The translations under genes were made by a program, and so were the position numbers. Positions 1 through 8,378 of a stretch of DNA of 64,000 nucleotides are shown in pieces. Every line of letters begins with the position of its first letter. Position 1 is the stretch's first letter. The DNA lies in the IMG/VR virus record IMGVR_UViG_2862784999_000001, positions 22,584-86,583 of that record; one strand, written 5' to 3'. The notes beneath the pieces are model-generated. The model searched no databases, was not told where the DNA came from, and saw only the letters and a program-made list of their open reading frames with translations. This DNA is from a virus. Taxonomy: Duplodnaviria; Caudoviricetes.

Positions 1-284
1 CTGCGGAACGCTTCAGTGAGCTTCGCCCGCAGACTCCGCGCGAACGCACCACCCGTGTCCGACCCCTGCCGCGTCGCGGCCGGACGTGCCGCCTTCGCAC
101 CTTCGTTGATGCCGTCGCGGATCGCTGGCGCCAGGTGAGTGACCACCTGACGGCCGATGATCTTCCCGATCTCCTCGCCGACCTGCGTAGCCGGCGGCAC
201 AAGAGCGGCCTGCAGTCGGCCGAGGATGCCCGACGCGTTCGGCAGAACATCGACCTCGACTGAGCCGACAGAGATAGCGGGCAC
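1..284 (-). CDS. tape measure protein, N-terminal part (runs off window)
   Basis: GTG start at 284 after a GGGGAGG RBS; reads MPAISVGSVEVDVLPNASGILGRLQAALVPPATQVGEEIG..., a typical actinophage TMP N-terminus; follows the tail assembly chaperones. Not in the ORF track. Confidence 0.85.
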   Translation of the reverse strand, partial: MPAISVGSVEVDVLPNASGILGRLQAALVPPATQVGEEIGKIIGRQVVTHLAPAIRDGINEGAKAARPAATRQGSDTGGAFARSLRAKLTEAFR

Positions 285-306
285 TGAGGGCCTCCCCTCA
301 GCAGCG

Positions 307-768
307 CTACGCGGCGCCTCCGTTGAGCAACTCGAACAGGGTGTTGGCCTGCAGATCCGACATCTGCTGTTTCGCCTTGACGGCCCTCGCGCCGGGCCGG
401 CGGATGGGCTCCGGCGCCGTCGGCCGCTGCGACTTCTTCTCGGTGTTGACGCTGAGCAGCACGTACTCCAGGCGGGCAACCCGGTCCGCGATCACGGCCA
501 AGAGGTGGTCGCTCTGCGACCAGCGGCCCTTCTCCGGTTCGCCCTTCTCCGACTGCTCCGCAAGCTCTTCATCCGACAGGCCGTTACGAAGGGCAGTCCA
601 CGTCGCCGACTCGGACGGCAGATGCTGGATGAGGACCCGCAGGCGGCGCCATGTCATGGCGCCGCGGTGCACGTCGAGGAGGTCGACACCCTGGTAGTAG
701 CGGAGCAGGTCGGCCTCTACCGCCTCCGGGTGCGCCTCGACGACGGAGCGGGTCCACTGGATTTCCCC
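307..768 (-). CDS. tail assembly chaperone, -1 frameshift extension (gpGT-like)
   Basis: The -1 frame from GGGGAAA (762-768) reads GEIQWTRSVVEAHPEAVEADLLRYYQGVDLLDVHRGAMTWRRLRVLIQHLP..., in frame with ORF 307..672; lies between TAC and TMP. Confidence 0.85.
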   Translation of the reverse strand, partial: GEIQWTRSVVEAHPEAVEADLLRYYQGVDLLDVHRGAMTWRRLRVLIQHLPSESATWTALRNGLSDEELAEQSEKGEPEKGRWSQSDHLLAVIADRVARLEYVLLSVNTEKKSQRPTAPEPIRRPGARAVKAKQQMSDLQANTLFELLNGGAA

Positions 769-1151
769 AGGCTCTCACCGGCCAGCGCTGCGGCCCCCTG
801 GGAGAACTCCATGAACTCAACGATGGTGGGGTCGAGTTCGAGGTACAGCTCGTAGTCGTCCGGGTGCAGCACCGCCTGGGCGAACCCGTCGAGGTTGCCC
901 TGATTGAGCATGCGCTGCCACGACGACCGCCACGCCGACGGCGGAATGACCTGCACCTCTTCGCCGCACAGGTCGGTAGTGACGTAGTGGCCGTCTGCTT
1001 CGATCTCCTGGGCCTCAGCCTCAGTGACGTCCGGCTCGTCGACCTCATCGGGTTCGACGTCGCGACGCGACACCGGAGGGCGGGACGCGGATCGGGCCGC
1101 GGTCCGCGGCTTCCTGCTGCTGGCGGTCGACTTGCGGGGTGTGGTGGCCAC
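717..1151 (-). CDS. tail assembly chaperone (gpG-like)
   Basis: GTG start at 1151 (C-terminal part of ORF 717..1943); ends ...AGESLGKSSGPAPSSRRTRRR with the slippery LGK codons; directly after the major tail gene. Confidence 0.85.
   Translation of the reverse strand: MATTPRKSTASSRKPRTAARSASRPPVSRRDVEPDEVDEPDVTEAEAQEIEADGHYVTTDLCGEEVQVIPPSAWRSSWQRMLNQGNLDGFAQAVLHPDDYELYLELDPTIVEFMEFSQGAAALAGESLGKSSGPAPSSRRTRRR
762..768 (-). promoter_or_regulatory. programmed -1 ribosomal frameshift site GGGGAAA
   Basis: CTG GGG AAA TCC in the TAC frame; the -1 frame stays open to 307. Conserved G/GT arrangement of long-tailed phages. Confidence 0.8.
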
Positions 1152-1174
1152 GGCGCGGGTCTCGCTTTCTGTGA

Positions 1175-1237
1175 TGGCGCGGGCAAGGTGCAGAGGTGGG
1201 CGGACCGGGCCCGCGCCAGCATGCCGGTCCGCCCACC
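1175..1237 (-). other. intergenic stem-loop / predicted H-type pseudoknot
   Basis: 14-bp perfect stem 1195-1208/1224-1237; loop sequence UGGCGCGGGC is complementary to GCCCGCGCCA at 1175-1184. Confidence 0.6.
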
Positions 1238-1240
1238 CGT

Positions 1241-1828
1241 TCAGGAGCCCGAGTAGGCGGGCGTCGCGGGGATCTTGTCGACGTGGTAGACCGTGTTGCC
1301 GGCCTCGTCCGGGTAGGTGGTGATCGTCCACTCGTAGCCGCTGATCTCGTCCTGCTTGAACGAGACGTCGGAGCGGTCGTTGATCTCCCCCTGCGGGACG
1401 TAGAAGCCCTTGAAGGACTCGCCGTCGACGACGAGGAACCAGAACGCGCGCCGGTCCGGGACGGGAGAGGCGGTCTCGGCGAACTTGGTGATGCCGTCCT
1501 CGTCCGGCTCCAGGTCCGCCTCGTCCAGCCGGTACTGCAGCGACTGGACTGCGACGCGGCCCGTCTCCCACACCGTCAGCCCGAACGTCCGCACGGACTT
1601 CGTGATCTGGGTGCGGAACGGGGAGGTCAGGCCCCACGGCGTGAACTCCTGAGAGTCCTCGTCGAAGCCGTAGGTCAGACCGTCGTCGCTGATGGCGCCC
1701 AGCGGCGTCCACGGGGCCATAGGCTGATCGGTCGGCGAGGCGAGAGCCGGCGTGCCCACCGGGCTCACCCAGCCCCCACCCGTCGCCCCGACGAGCGAAA
1801 GATCCGAAGATCGAGTGATGTTGACCAT
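1241..1828 (-). CDS. major tail (tube) protein
   Basis: ATG at 1828 after GGAG; LGAISDDG, F-T-P-W-G, vPQGEI-DRSDV, YEWTITTYP motifs typical of actinophage tail tube proteins; gene order. Confidence 0.9.
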   Translation of the reverse strand: MVNITRSSDLSLVGATGGGWVSPVGTPALASPTDQPMAPWTPLGAISDDGLTYGFDEDSQEFTPWGLTSPFRTQITKSVRTFGLTVWETGRVAVQSLQYRLDEADLEPDEDGITKFAETASPVPDRRAFWFLVVDGESFKGFYVPQGEINDRSDVSFKQDEISGYEWTITTYPDEAGNTVYHVDKIPATPAYSGS

Positions 1829-1899
1829 GCTGTGTCTCCAGACAGAGAAGAGCCCGCGCACGGGCAGGAACGGGGGTCCGGCGCGGGCCCAGAGGACGG

Positions 1900-2292
1900 T
1901 CAGGAGACCGGGTGGCAGAAAAGCTCGTAGGTCGCTCCGACACGGCGGAGCAAGGTGTTCTCGTAGGGGCGGATCGCAGGTAGAGATAGGCAGCCGGTTC
2001 GGCCGATCACCGTCGAATCCGAGGTCGAGCCGCGCAGTTCACGCGTCACCCAGTCGTGCACCTCGCGGGCCAACGCGATCGCGTCAGGCCTGCTCGCTGC
2101 GTACACGTTGATATCGACGATCGGACGGGACAGCAGAAGGCCGTCATCGCCGCCGCCCGGGATCTGCTCGATCTGGATCGTCGGTAGCTCACTGAGGAGC
2201 CGGTTGTCGAGCTCGTCACGCACGACCGCGTCCGGAAACCGGGCCGTCCCGCGGGTGATGAGCTCCAGCTCGATATCGACGAGGGCGGTCAC
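1900..2292 (-). CDS. tail terminator
   Basis: GTG at 2292 overlapping the upstream stop; LPTIQIEQIPGGGDD...PIVDINVYA motif; directly before the major tail gene. Confidence 0.75.
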   Translation of the reverse strand: MTALVDIELELITRGTARFPDAVVRDELDNRLLSELPTIQIEQIPGGGDDGLLLSRPIVDINVYAASRPDAIALAREVHDWVTRELRGSTSDSTVIGRTGCLSLPAIRPYENTLLRRVGATYELFCHPVS

Positions 2293-2618
2293 TGATTTCG
2301 CCCGCCGATCTGAGCGGCCCGCAGCAGCACGTGATGCGCGCGGACCTTCTCCGTGCCGTACTCCACCCAGCGGGCGTAGTAGGCCGAGTTCGAGACCGTG
2401 GCTACAGCGCGGTCCCGGCGACGCCCGCCACGGGAAGTACTGTCCGTCGACCACGACGCCTTGTAGTGCCCGGCGGTCGAACTGCCCTCGTCGACGGGAG
2501 ACAAAGCCACGGCGGCGCCCTTGATGACCTTGGCTCGGCGAAGCATTTCCGCTTCCATGCCGGGCATGCGGAGCATCTGCCCGACGCCCTTCTTTTTCAT
2601 CTTGAACCTGGCAGCCAC
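2289..2618 (-). CDS. HK97 gp10-like tail completion/neck protein
   Basis: SPVD...GHYKASW...YARWVEYGT motif; head-tail region. Confidence 0.8.
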   Translation of the reverse strand: MAARFKMKKKGVGQMLRMPGMEAEMLRRAKVIKGAAVALSPVDEGSSTAGHYKASWSTDSTSRGGRRRDRAVATVSNSAYYARWVEYGTEKVRAHHVLLRAAQIGGRNQ

Positions 2619-2633
2619 TGCACCTCCCCTCGA

Positions 2634-3014
2634 TCAGCCGGTGACGCGGTCGGCGGCGAACTGGATGACGCCGCGGGTGCCGGTGAACGGGGAGCGGCCC
2701 CAGTCGCCGGGCTCGCCCGTGATGTCGCAGACAATCCCGCGGACCTTCGCCTTGTCCGTCGTCCTCAACGGCAGGCGAGCATGGCTGGGCTGGCTGGACG
2801 GCACGTACACGGTCCAGCCGACGATGACGGTGTCCCTGGCCTGCTGCTGATCCCCGCCAACCTGCGGTGTCTCCGCTCGCGGAGTGACCACGCAGCCCAC
2901 CAGGTCGAAGGACTCGTCCATGCCTGGAAGCGGCTGACCGCGCGGCCCTCGGCCGGGTGACTCGCCCCTGCGCAGGATCCGCACCGTCTCGCCGTAGGGG
3001 TACGAGCCGGGCAT
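2634..3014 (-). CDS. head-to-tail stopper/closure protein
   Basis: GETVRILR, TDKAKVRG, GEPGDW...SPFTG motifs; position between adaptor and gp10-like gene. Confidence 0.75.
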   Translation of the reverse strand: MPGSYPYGETVRILRRGESPGRGPRGQPLPGMDESFDLVGCVVTPRAETPQVGGDQQQARDTVIVGWTVYVPSSQPSHARLPLRTTDKAKVRGIVCDITGEPGDWGRSPFTGTRGVIQFAADRVTG

Positions 3015-3430
3015 CAGGGGAACCCCCAGCCCGCCTCGAAGTCCTCCACGAACACGCCGTCGTCGTCGATCGGCCAGGACGCCGACGGATCCGCTGATGC
3101 GGGCGTCGGATCGACCGTGAACGCGCCACCCCGGCCGGCCAGGGACTTCAGCGCCGACTTGTCGGCCTTCGTCAGATACAGGCCGCCCGAACCGGACGGA
3201 CGCTGAACCGACATCGGACCGATCGTCTCGTAAGACACCTGCTGCGGATTCACGTAGGCCCGGCCGGCGACCGAGAGGACGACAGCCTCGGCGCCCTCAG
3301 GCAGGGGCGTCACGATCGTCTGGCAGAGCGAAGTCGCCGTCGAAACGAGAAGGTCAGCGCGGTCGCCTTGGATCTCATCGAGACCCAAGTAGAGGCCGAG
3401 CTGCTCGGCTGTCGGAGACGTGAAAGCCAT
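3014..3430 (-). CDS. head-to-tail adaptor
   Basis: ATG at 3430 after AGGAGG; RAYVNPQ...ETIGP...GGLYLT motif. Confidence 0.8.
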   Translation of the reverse strand: MAFTSPTAEQLGLYLGLDEIQGDRADLLVSTATSLCQTIVTPLPEGAEAVVLSVAGRAYVNPQQVSYETIGPMSVQRPSGSGGLYLTKADKSALKSLAGRGGAFTVDPTPASADPSASWPIDDDGVFVEDFEAGWGFP

Positions 3431-3438
3431 GACGCCTC

Positions 3439-4473
3439 CTATCGGGCCAGGCCCTCCACGGCGGAACACCACGCGGCCAGATCGGCCGCCGGATCAAGCT
3501 CGACACTGCGGGCCTTCGCCCGCTTCGACGCCAACCGGTACTCGGCAGAGGTCAGCAACTTCCGCAGCACCGCCTCGTAGCCGGCAACATCCTCGCGATC
3601 GACGAAGATGCCCGCCTCGCCCAGTGATTCGCACAGGCCCGGCGTCGGATGTGCAACGACCGGGATGCCACTCGCGAGCGCTTCCACACCGGTGCGACCC
3701 CACGACTCGTAGGACGACGGCATGAGCAGCACGCGGGTGCGGGCGTACACCTGCTCCCGCATGTCCTCGCCGCGAACATGCTCGACGATCTCCACGTTCG
3801 GCAGGTCCGGGAGGATCTGCTCCCCGTAAGCGCCCTTCACAGCAAGGAACTGCTGATCCGGCATGCGGCGCGCCAAGGCAGCGAGCACCTTGCCACCCTT
3901 CTCCGGATTGCAGTTGACCAGCGTGATCGCCTTCCCAGGCTTGGTCGCATACTCGCCGGCGAAGACGGGCGGGCGCACGATCAGCGAAGACTCCGGCCGA
4001 ACCGACTTCGGGTACTCGGCAAAGAAGAGCTCCGCCTCCCGCTCCATCCACACCGAGTTGTAGACCGCCAGGGCGGTCCCGCCAGCTGCGGCATCCCGGA
4101 ACGTCGCGCGGTGCGTGTTGTGGCAGACCACCACCAGCGGCTTGCCGTAGCCGCGGGCCAAGGACGCCGCCGACGGCACCGTCTCCAGATGGGCGAGCAG
4201 CATGTGCGACCGCTTCACGGCGGTCGGAAAGTCCAGCCGAGACTCCAGCGGAATCACGCGGATCCCGTGGTACTCGTACTCCTTGTGGGCCTTCCCATAC
4301 CGCGACAGCCACACCTGCACGTCGTGGCCACGTTCCACCAGGGGCCGCAGCATCGACACGAGCATGTGCTCCGCGCCCGCATTGTGCTCCGGCGGCATCG
4401 CGTGCACCCGGGCAACGATCGACAGCGGCTTGGCGGTCCCGCCCGGCGCGGACACCGGGACCGCCCTACTCAC
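3439..4473 (-). CDS. glycosyltransferase, GT-B fold (family 4-like)
   Basis: GTG at 4473 overlaps the capsid stop (GTGA); N-terminal AGAEHML...LVERGHDV and C-terminal MPSSYESWGRTGVEALASGIPVV (EX7E) motifs. Confidence 0.9.
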   Translation of the reverse strand: MSRAVPVSAPGGTAKPLSIVARVHAMPPEHNAGAEHMLVSMLRPLVERGHDVQVWLSRYGKAHKEYEYHGIRVIPLESRLDFPTAVKRSHMLLAHLETVPSAASLARGYGKPLVVVCHNTHRATFRDAAAGGTALAVYNSVWMEREAELFFAEYPKSVRPESSLIVRPPVFAGEYATKPGKAITLVNCNPEKGGKVLAALARRMPDQQFLAVKGAYGEQILPDLPNVEIVEHVRGEDMREQVYARTRVLLMPSSYESWGRTGVEALASGIPVVAHPTPGLCESLGEAGIFVDREDVAGYEAVLRKLLTSAEYRLASKRAKARSVELDPAADLAAWCSAVEGLAR

Positions 4474-5426
4474 GAGCCGCTCGGGGTACCGGTGAACTTC
4501 ACGAACGCGTCGGCGTCGCCCATCACGAAGCCGTAGTACGCCTCCGCGAGGATCAACACCAGGTTCTCCTGGAACGCGCTGTGGACGCCGCCGTCCTCGT
4601 CCACGTAGGTCGCCTGGTCGGAGATCCGCACGGTGATGTCCATGCCCACGCCGTAGGCGGCCTGAGTCCAGTCGCCGCCGATCGCGCGCAGACCCGTGTC
4701 CGCAGACGCGGACTGCCGGCGCTGCTTGCCCGACACGCTCCGCGAGTAGGCGAGCGGCTCGCCGATCAGGGTGCCCGCCGACGCCATGTTCGTGCCCGGC
4801 GTCTGCGTGTCGACCAGGATCGGACGGCCGGTCGTGTCCGTCGCCAGCAGCAGCTTCGGCTTCAGCCGGTGGTCGGCGACCGTGCCCGTGTAGTCGTAGT
4901 CCTCGTCGACGACGAGGTCCATGCCCTTGACGAGGTCGGCCCAGATGCCGCCCTGGCCCTGCGCCGTCGTGCCCAGTGCGACGGACTGCGAGGTCATCGC
5001 CAGGTACTCGGCGAAGGGACCGGTCGCACCCTTCATCGTCTTGCCGTGGATCGCCGCATGGTCGAAGGCCCGCGCGAACGCCGTCGGCAGGTCGTTCTGC
5101 AGCTGGGAGTACAGGCCCGCCGTGTTCGTGCGGGCGACCTCCATCGCGACCGGGATGAGCACGGCGAGCTTCTTCGCCGTCATGTGCTTGACGTCGATGC
5201 CGCCGGTCGACAGGGGCTTCTTCTGCCCCTGACCGACCCAGTCGGCGGTCGGCACGTCCATCGGGATCGGCACGGACGTGGTGGCGTCCAAGGCCAGCGG
5301 CGCCTGACGTGCGAGCGCCATGACCGCGGACTGCTCCACCGACTTCTCGAAGATCGGAGCGGTGATGGTCCGCGGGAGGAGCTCCTCGGGCAGACCGGAG
5401 GTAGTGATCGGGGCCGTAGCCACCAT
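4470..5426 (-). CDS. major capsid protein (HK97 fold)
   Basis: 318 aa; WVGQGQKKP, KKLAVLIPV, GRPIL, GDW, SAFQENLVLILAEAYYGF motifs; follows scaffold. Confidence 0.93.
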   Translation of the reverse strand: MVATAPITTSGLPEELLPRTITAPIFEKSVEQSAVMALARQAPLALDATTSVPIPMDVPTADWVGQGQKKPLSTGGIDVKHMTAKKLAVLIPVAMEVARTNTAGLYSQLQNDLPTAFARAFDHAAIHGKTMKGATGPFAEYLAMTSQSVALGTTAQGQGGIWADLVKGMDLVVDEDYDYTGTVADHRLKPKLLLATDTTGRPILVDTQTPGTNMASAGTLIGEPLAYSRSVSGKQRRQSASADTGLRAIGGDWTQAAYGVGMDITVRISDQATYVDEDGGVHSAFQENLVLILAEAYYGFVMGDADAFVKFTGTPSGS

Positions 5427-5437
5427 GATTCCTTCTC

Positions 5438-6097
5438 TCAGCGGCCAGGAAGCCGCGACTTAAGCCATCCGGAGAACTCGTCCTCCGGGCTGGGGGCCTT
5501 CGTTCGGTTGGCGCCGGACGCTTGAGTGCGATCCGGTGCAGGACGCCGCGGGCCCTCCGGGGGCTGGCTCTTCGCCCAGTGCGGCTTGCGCTCCAAAAGC
5601 GCCTGAAGGTCGGCCTCGATGGCCGCCTCGTCGATGTCGCCGTCAGAGTCGATGTACGAGTCGAGGTCGAGCTCACCGAACGCGTCGGCTGGATCGGCGA
5701 ACGCCGCCCGACTGTCTGTTGCGGTGCCAGCGAGGGCCTGCACCTGGCTGCGGACCAGCCGCTGCCGGGTCTTGGCGATCTGCTCCTGCGCTGCCGTGAG
5801 CTGCTCGGTGAGGCGCTCGGACTCGGACAGGTCCGCTTCCTTGCGCTTCTTGAGTTCGGCCAGCAGCGGCTCCTGCTCCTTGAGTCGCTTGCGGAGGTTC
5901 TCGGCCTCGCTGTTCTTCTTGCGCAGCGCCGCTTCGAACTTCTTCCGGTCGAACGGCTTCTCCTCGCCGCCGGCGTCCGCCTCCTGGGCGTCGTCCTGCT
6001 GCTCGATACCGTCCTGTTCCGCAGTGGCCGTCTCCTCGACGGTCTCCTCGGTCCCGGACTCCTGCTGCTCGCTGCTCTGCTCGGTCTCTTCGGGCAT
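5438..6097 (-). CDS. capsid scaffolding protein
   Basis: Acidic N-terminus, coiled coil, DPADA...LLERKPHW, PAPDRTQ; upstream of capsid. Confidence 0.85.
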   Translation of the reverse strand: MPEETEQSSEQQESGTEETVEETATAEQDGIEQQDDAQEADAGGEEKPFDRKKFEAALRKKNSEAENLRKRLKEQEPLLAELKKRKEADLSESERLTEQLTAAQEQIAKTRQRLVRSQVQALAGTATDSRAAFADPADAFGELDLDSYIDSDGDIDEAAIEADLQALLERKPHWAKSQPPEGPRRPAPDRTQASGANRTKAPSPEDEFSGWLKSRLPGR

Positions 6098-6160
6098 GAC
6101 GAATCGGCCCTCCAGGGGCTGTGGAAATGAGAAAGGCCGCCACCAGGGCGACCTCGTTGA

Positions 6161-6934
6161 TCAGAAAGAACCGGGGAGCGGGTTCGAGTCGTGCTCCGTC
6201 AGCGCCCGCCGAAAGCGGGCCAGTTGACTCCCCGAATGGCCAGCGGCGTACTCCTCGTACAACCGCGCCCACTCGGAGGCCTGGGGGGAGGGCTCGAACT
6301 TCTGCCCTCGAAAGACCGGGATGACGCCGCAGTGGCAGCCGTCATGCGCCCGGAAGCCAGCCGTGTCCTGCGCATACACCGAACCGCGGGCAGCCAGCAG
6401 CTTGCAGAACGCGCACGCGCCGAGCGCCGCAGACCGTGCCCACGCTGTCGCCTGCGCGTCCCGACGCACCGCGCCCAGAACCGTCGCCCGCCCGGTATCC
6501 GCAACCAGCTTCTGCGCGACGGCCTCCGCCTTCTTCTCAGCCTGGCCGAGACGTACCTCGACCGGCTGAAGCTGCGCTCCGGTTGCCGCGTCCGGGTCGC
6601 GGTCCCAGACGTCCTTGGCGGCCCACCGTAGGCTCACCTCGGTCTGCTCCGGTGTCGGCGGGTCTGCGACCGGCACGGTGAACGTGCCGGCGACTCTTGC
6701 CGCCTCCCGTTGGGCGTCGTAAAACTCGGCGCCCAACGCCGCTGATGTCTGCGCGTACTGGTCGACCACGGCCTGCATGGCCGTGAACCAGTCCGGCATC
6801 GATGCCCGCAGCCGGGCGGGAAGGATCAGCCGTCGCAGGCCTCGGACATCGCGCACCAGCAGACGGGTCAGGCCGAGCTGCGCGGCCCGGTACCGGTCGG
6901 CGTCCCGGCCCCCGTCAGAGACCGCCGTCGCCAC
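6161..6934 (-). CDS. MuF-like minor head / capsid maturation protein
   Basis: ACAFCKLLAARG...HDGCHC motif; between portal and scaffold. Confidence 0.75.
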   Translation of the reverse strand: MATAVSDGGRDADRYRAAQLGLTRLLVRDVRGLRRLILPARLRASMPDWFTAMQAVVDQYAQTSAALGAEFYDAQREAARVAGTFTVPVADPPTPEQTEVSLRWAAKDVWDRDPDAATGAQLQPVEVRLGQAEKKAEAVAQKLVADTGRATVLGAVRRDAQATAWARSAALGACAFCKLLAARGSVYAQDTAGFRAHDGCHCGVIPVFRGQKFEPSPQASEWARLYEEYAAGHSGSQLARFRRALTEHDSNPLPGSF

Positions 6935-8378
6935 CAGACACCTCCGCAGCCGTCGGCAAGCCGACCGCAGGCCGCTCGTTCACCGCGGCCAGCCGATCCA
7001 GCAGGCCGCCACCGGTAGCTGCCGCCGACGAGCGACGGCGGTCCACGGCAATCCGCTGCCGCTGACCCTCGGTGAACCCGGCCATCTCCAACGTGACGTC
7101 GGAGTCCGCCGGCAGGACACCTGCCTGGACCAGCTTGACGGTCGCGTCGACTTGCGCGGCCACCGTCGGGGTCGCCGGGTTCCGCCACACCGTTTCGATG
7201 CGGCGCGTGCTGTCCGGCGGCTCACCGTCACGAACCCAAAGGGCCAGCCGCATCGCCTGCTGCCATCCCGCACCGAACCGCCGGATCCGGCGCTCCGCCT
7301 TCTTCACCTGCCGGTTATCCGCGAACCGAATCGCGTCCGCTGACGCTGGATTGTCACTGCTGTAGCCCAGTACGTGCGGCGCCACCGACATCTGCGACGC
7401 CATAATCCTGGCATACAGGTCGATGAACTTCGTCATGCCCGACGGATCATGAGCAGCGAACTGACCCACGGTCGGAATGGCGCCGTCCTCGTCCCGCTCC
7501 AACGCCAGCACCCGGCCGATGTACGTCTCCCAGGCGGACTTGGCGTTGCCCTCCGCGTCCTGGAACGCCGACTCCGACGCACCCAGGATGTAGCGCTGCG
7601 GCGCCCCGTAGAACTCGGCGGCAACCTCCATGCCCATCAGCCGGCGGCACGCCGCATCCGTGATCGACATGACCTCCGGGGTGATCTCCGACTTGCCGAC
7701 CCGGTCCGCGGTCCGCTGCCGATTCGCCAACCGAACCACCGGCACGACCCCCAGGCCGTGCATGTCCCGATCGACAACCTCCCAGCCACCCGACGGCGAC
7801 GGCACAGCCATCACCGTCTGGTCCGGCAGATACAGGACCAGCATCCGCTCCTCGGGGCCCGACTCGACGAACGAGTCAGCGGCGCACTCGCGGAGCGCGG
7901 CCGTGCCCATCCGCAGGCGGGCATCCCACATCAGCGTCATGTCCAGCGGCGACTCAGCCGAGATCAAGGGCGGACAGTCGTCCCCACAGTCCCCCGCTCC
8001 GACCGCCAGATACTCGCGGCCGTACACCAGCGCATCCAGGTGCGCGAGGCTCGACTCGTCGAACAAGTCGTTCGCCTCGGCGATCTCCGTCAGCTCCGAA
8101 GCGTCAGCACCATCGGCCCAGCGGAACGCCTCCAAGTCGAGGCGCTCCTCCAGCGATTCGACACCGACCCGCGGCCAGCCGATCACCGTGTGCAAGCCAC
8201 GGAGCTGCGGAGGGATAGAGATACCGAGGTCGCGGACCAGCTGCTCGCCGTTGAAGTAGGCGTCGCGCAACTTGAGTTCCCACCGGTCCCGCAGCATGTC
8301 CGCGCGAAGCACGTTGATCAGCGCGAGCTCGTCATCCGACAACGTCAGCAGCGGCAGGTCAGGAATCGAGACGGTCAC
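6915..8378 (-). CDS. portal protein (SPP1 gp6-like)
   Basis: GTG at 8378; AYFNGEQ, GWPRVGVESLEERL, GKSEI, AEFYGAPQRYILG, NPASADAI motifs. Confidence 0.92.
   Translation of the reverse strand: MTVSIPDLPLLTLSDDELALINVLRADMLRDRWELKLRDAYFNGEQLVRDLGISIPPQLRGLHTVIGWPRVGVESLEERLDLEAFRWADGADASELTEIAEANDLFDESSLAHLDALVYGREYLAVGAGDCGDDCPPLISAESPLDMTLMWDARLRMGTAALRECAADSFVESGPEERMLVLYLPDQTVMAVPSPSGGWEVVDRDMHGLGVVPVVRLANRQRTADRVGKSEITPEVMSITDAACRRLMGMEVAAEFYGAPQRYILGASESAFQDAEGNAKSAWETYIGRVLALERDEDGAIPTVGQFAAHDPSGMTKFIDLYARIMASQMSVAPHVLGYSSDNPASADAIRFADNRQVKKAERRIRRFGAGWQQAMRLALWVRDGEPPDSTRRIETVWRNPATPTVAAQVDATVKLVQAGVLPADSDVTLEMAGFTEGQRQRIAVDRRRSSAAATGGGLLDRLAAVNERPAVGLPTAAEVSGGDGGL

Noticed and set aside
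3439-5676. 745-aa ORF suggesting a capsid-glycosyltransferase fusion or long N-terminal extension
   Set aside because: The upstream part is Arg/Gly-rich off-frame translation of the capsid gene; a GTGA coupled start exists at 4473 and no slippery site is evident at the capsid end.
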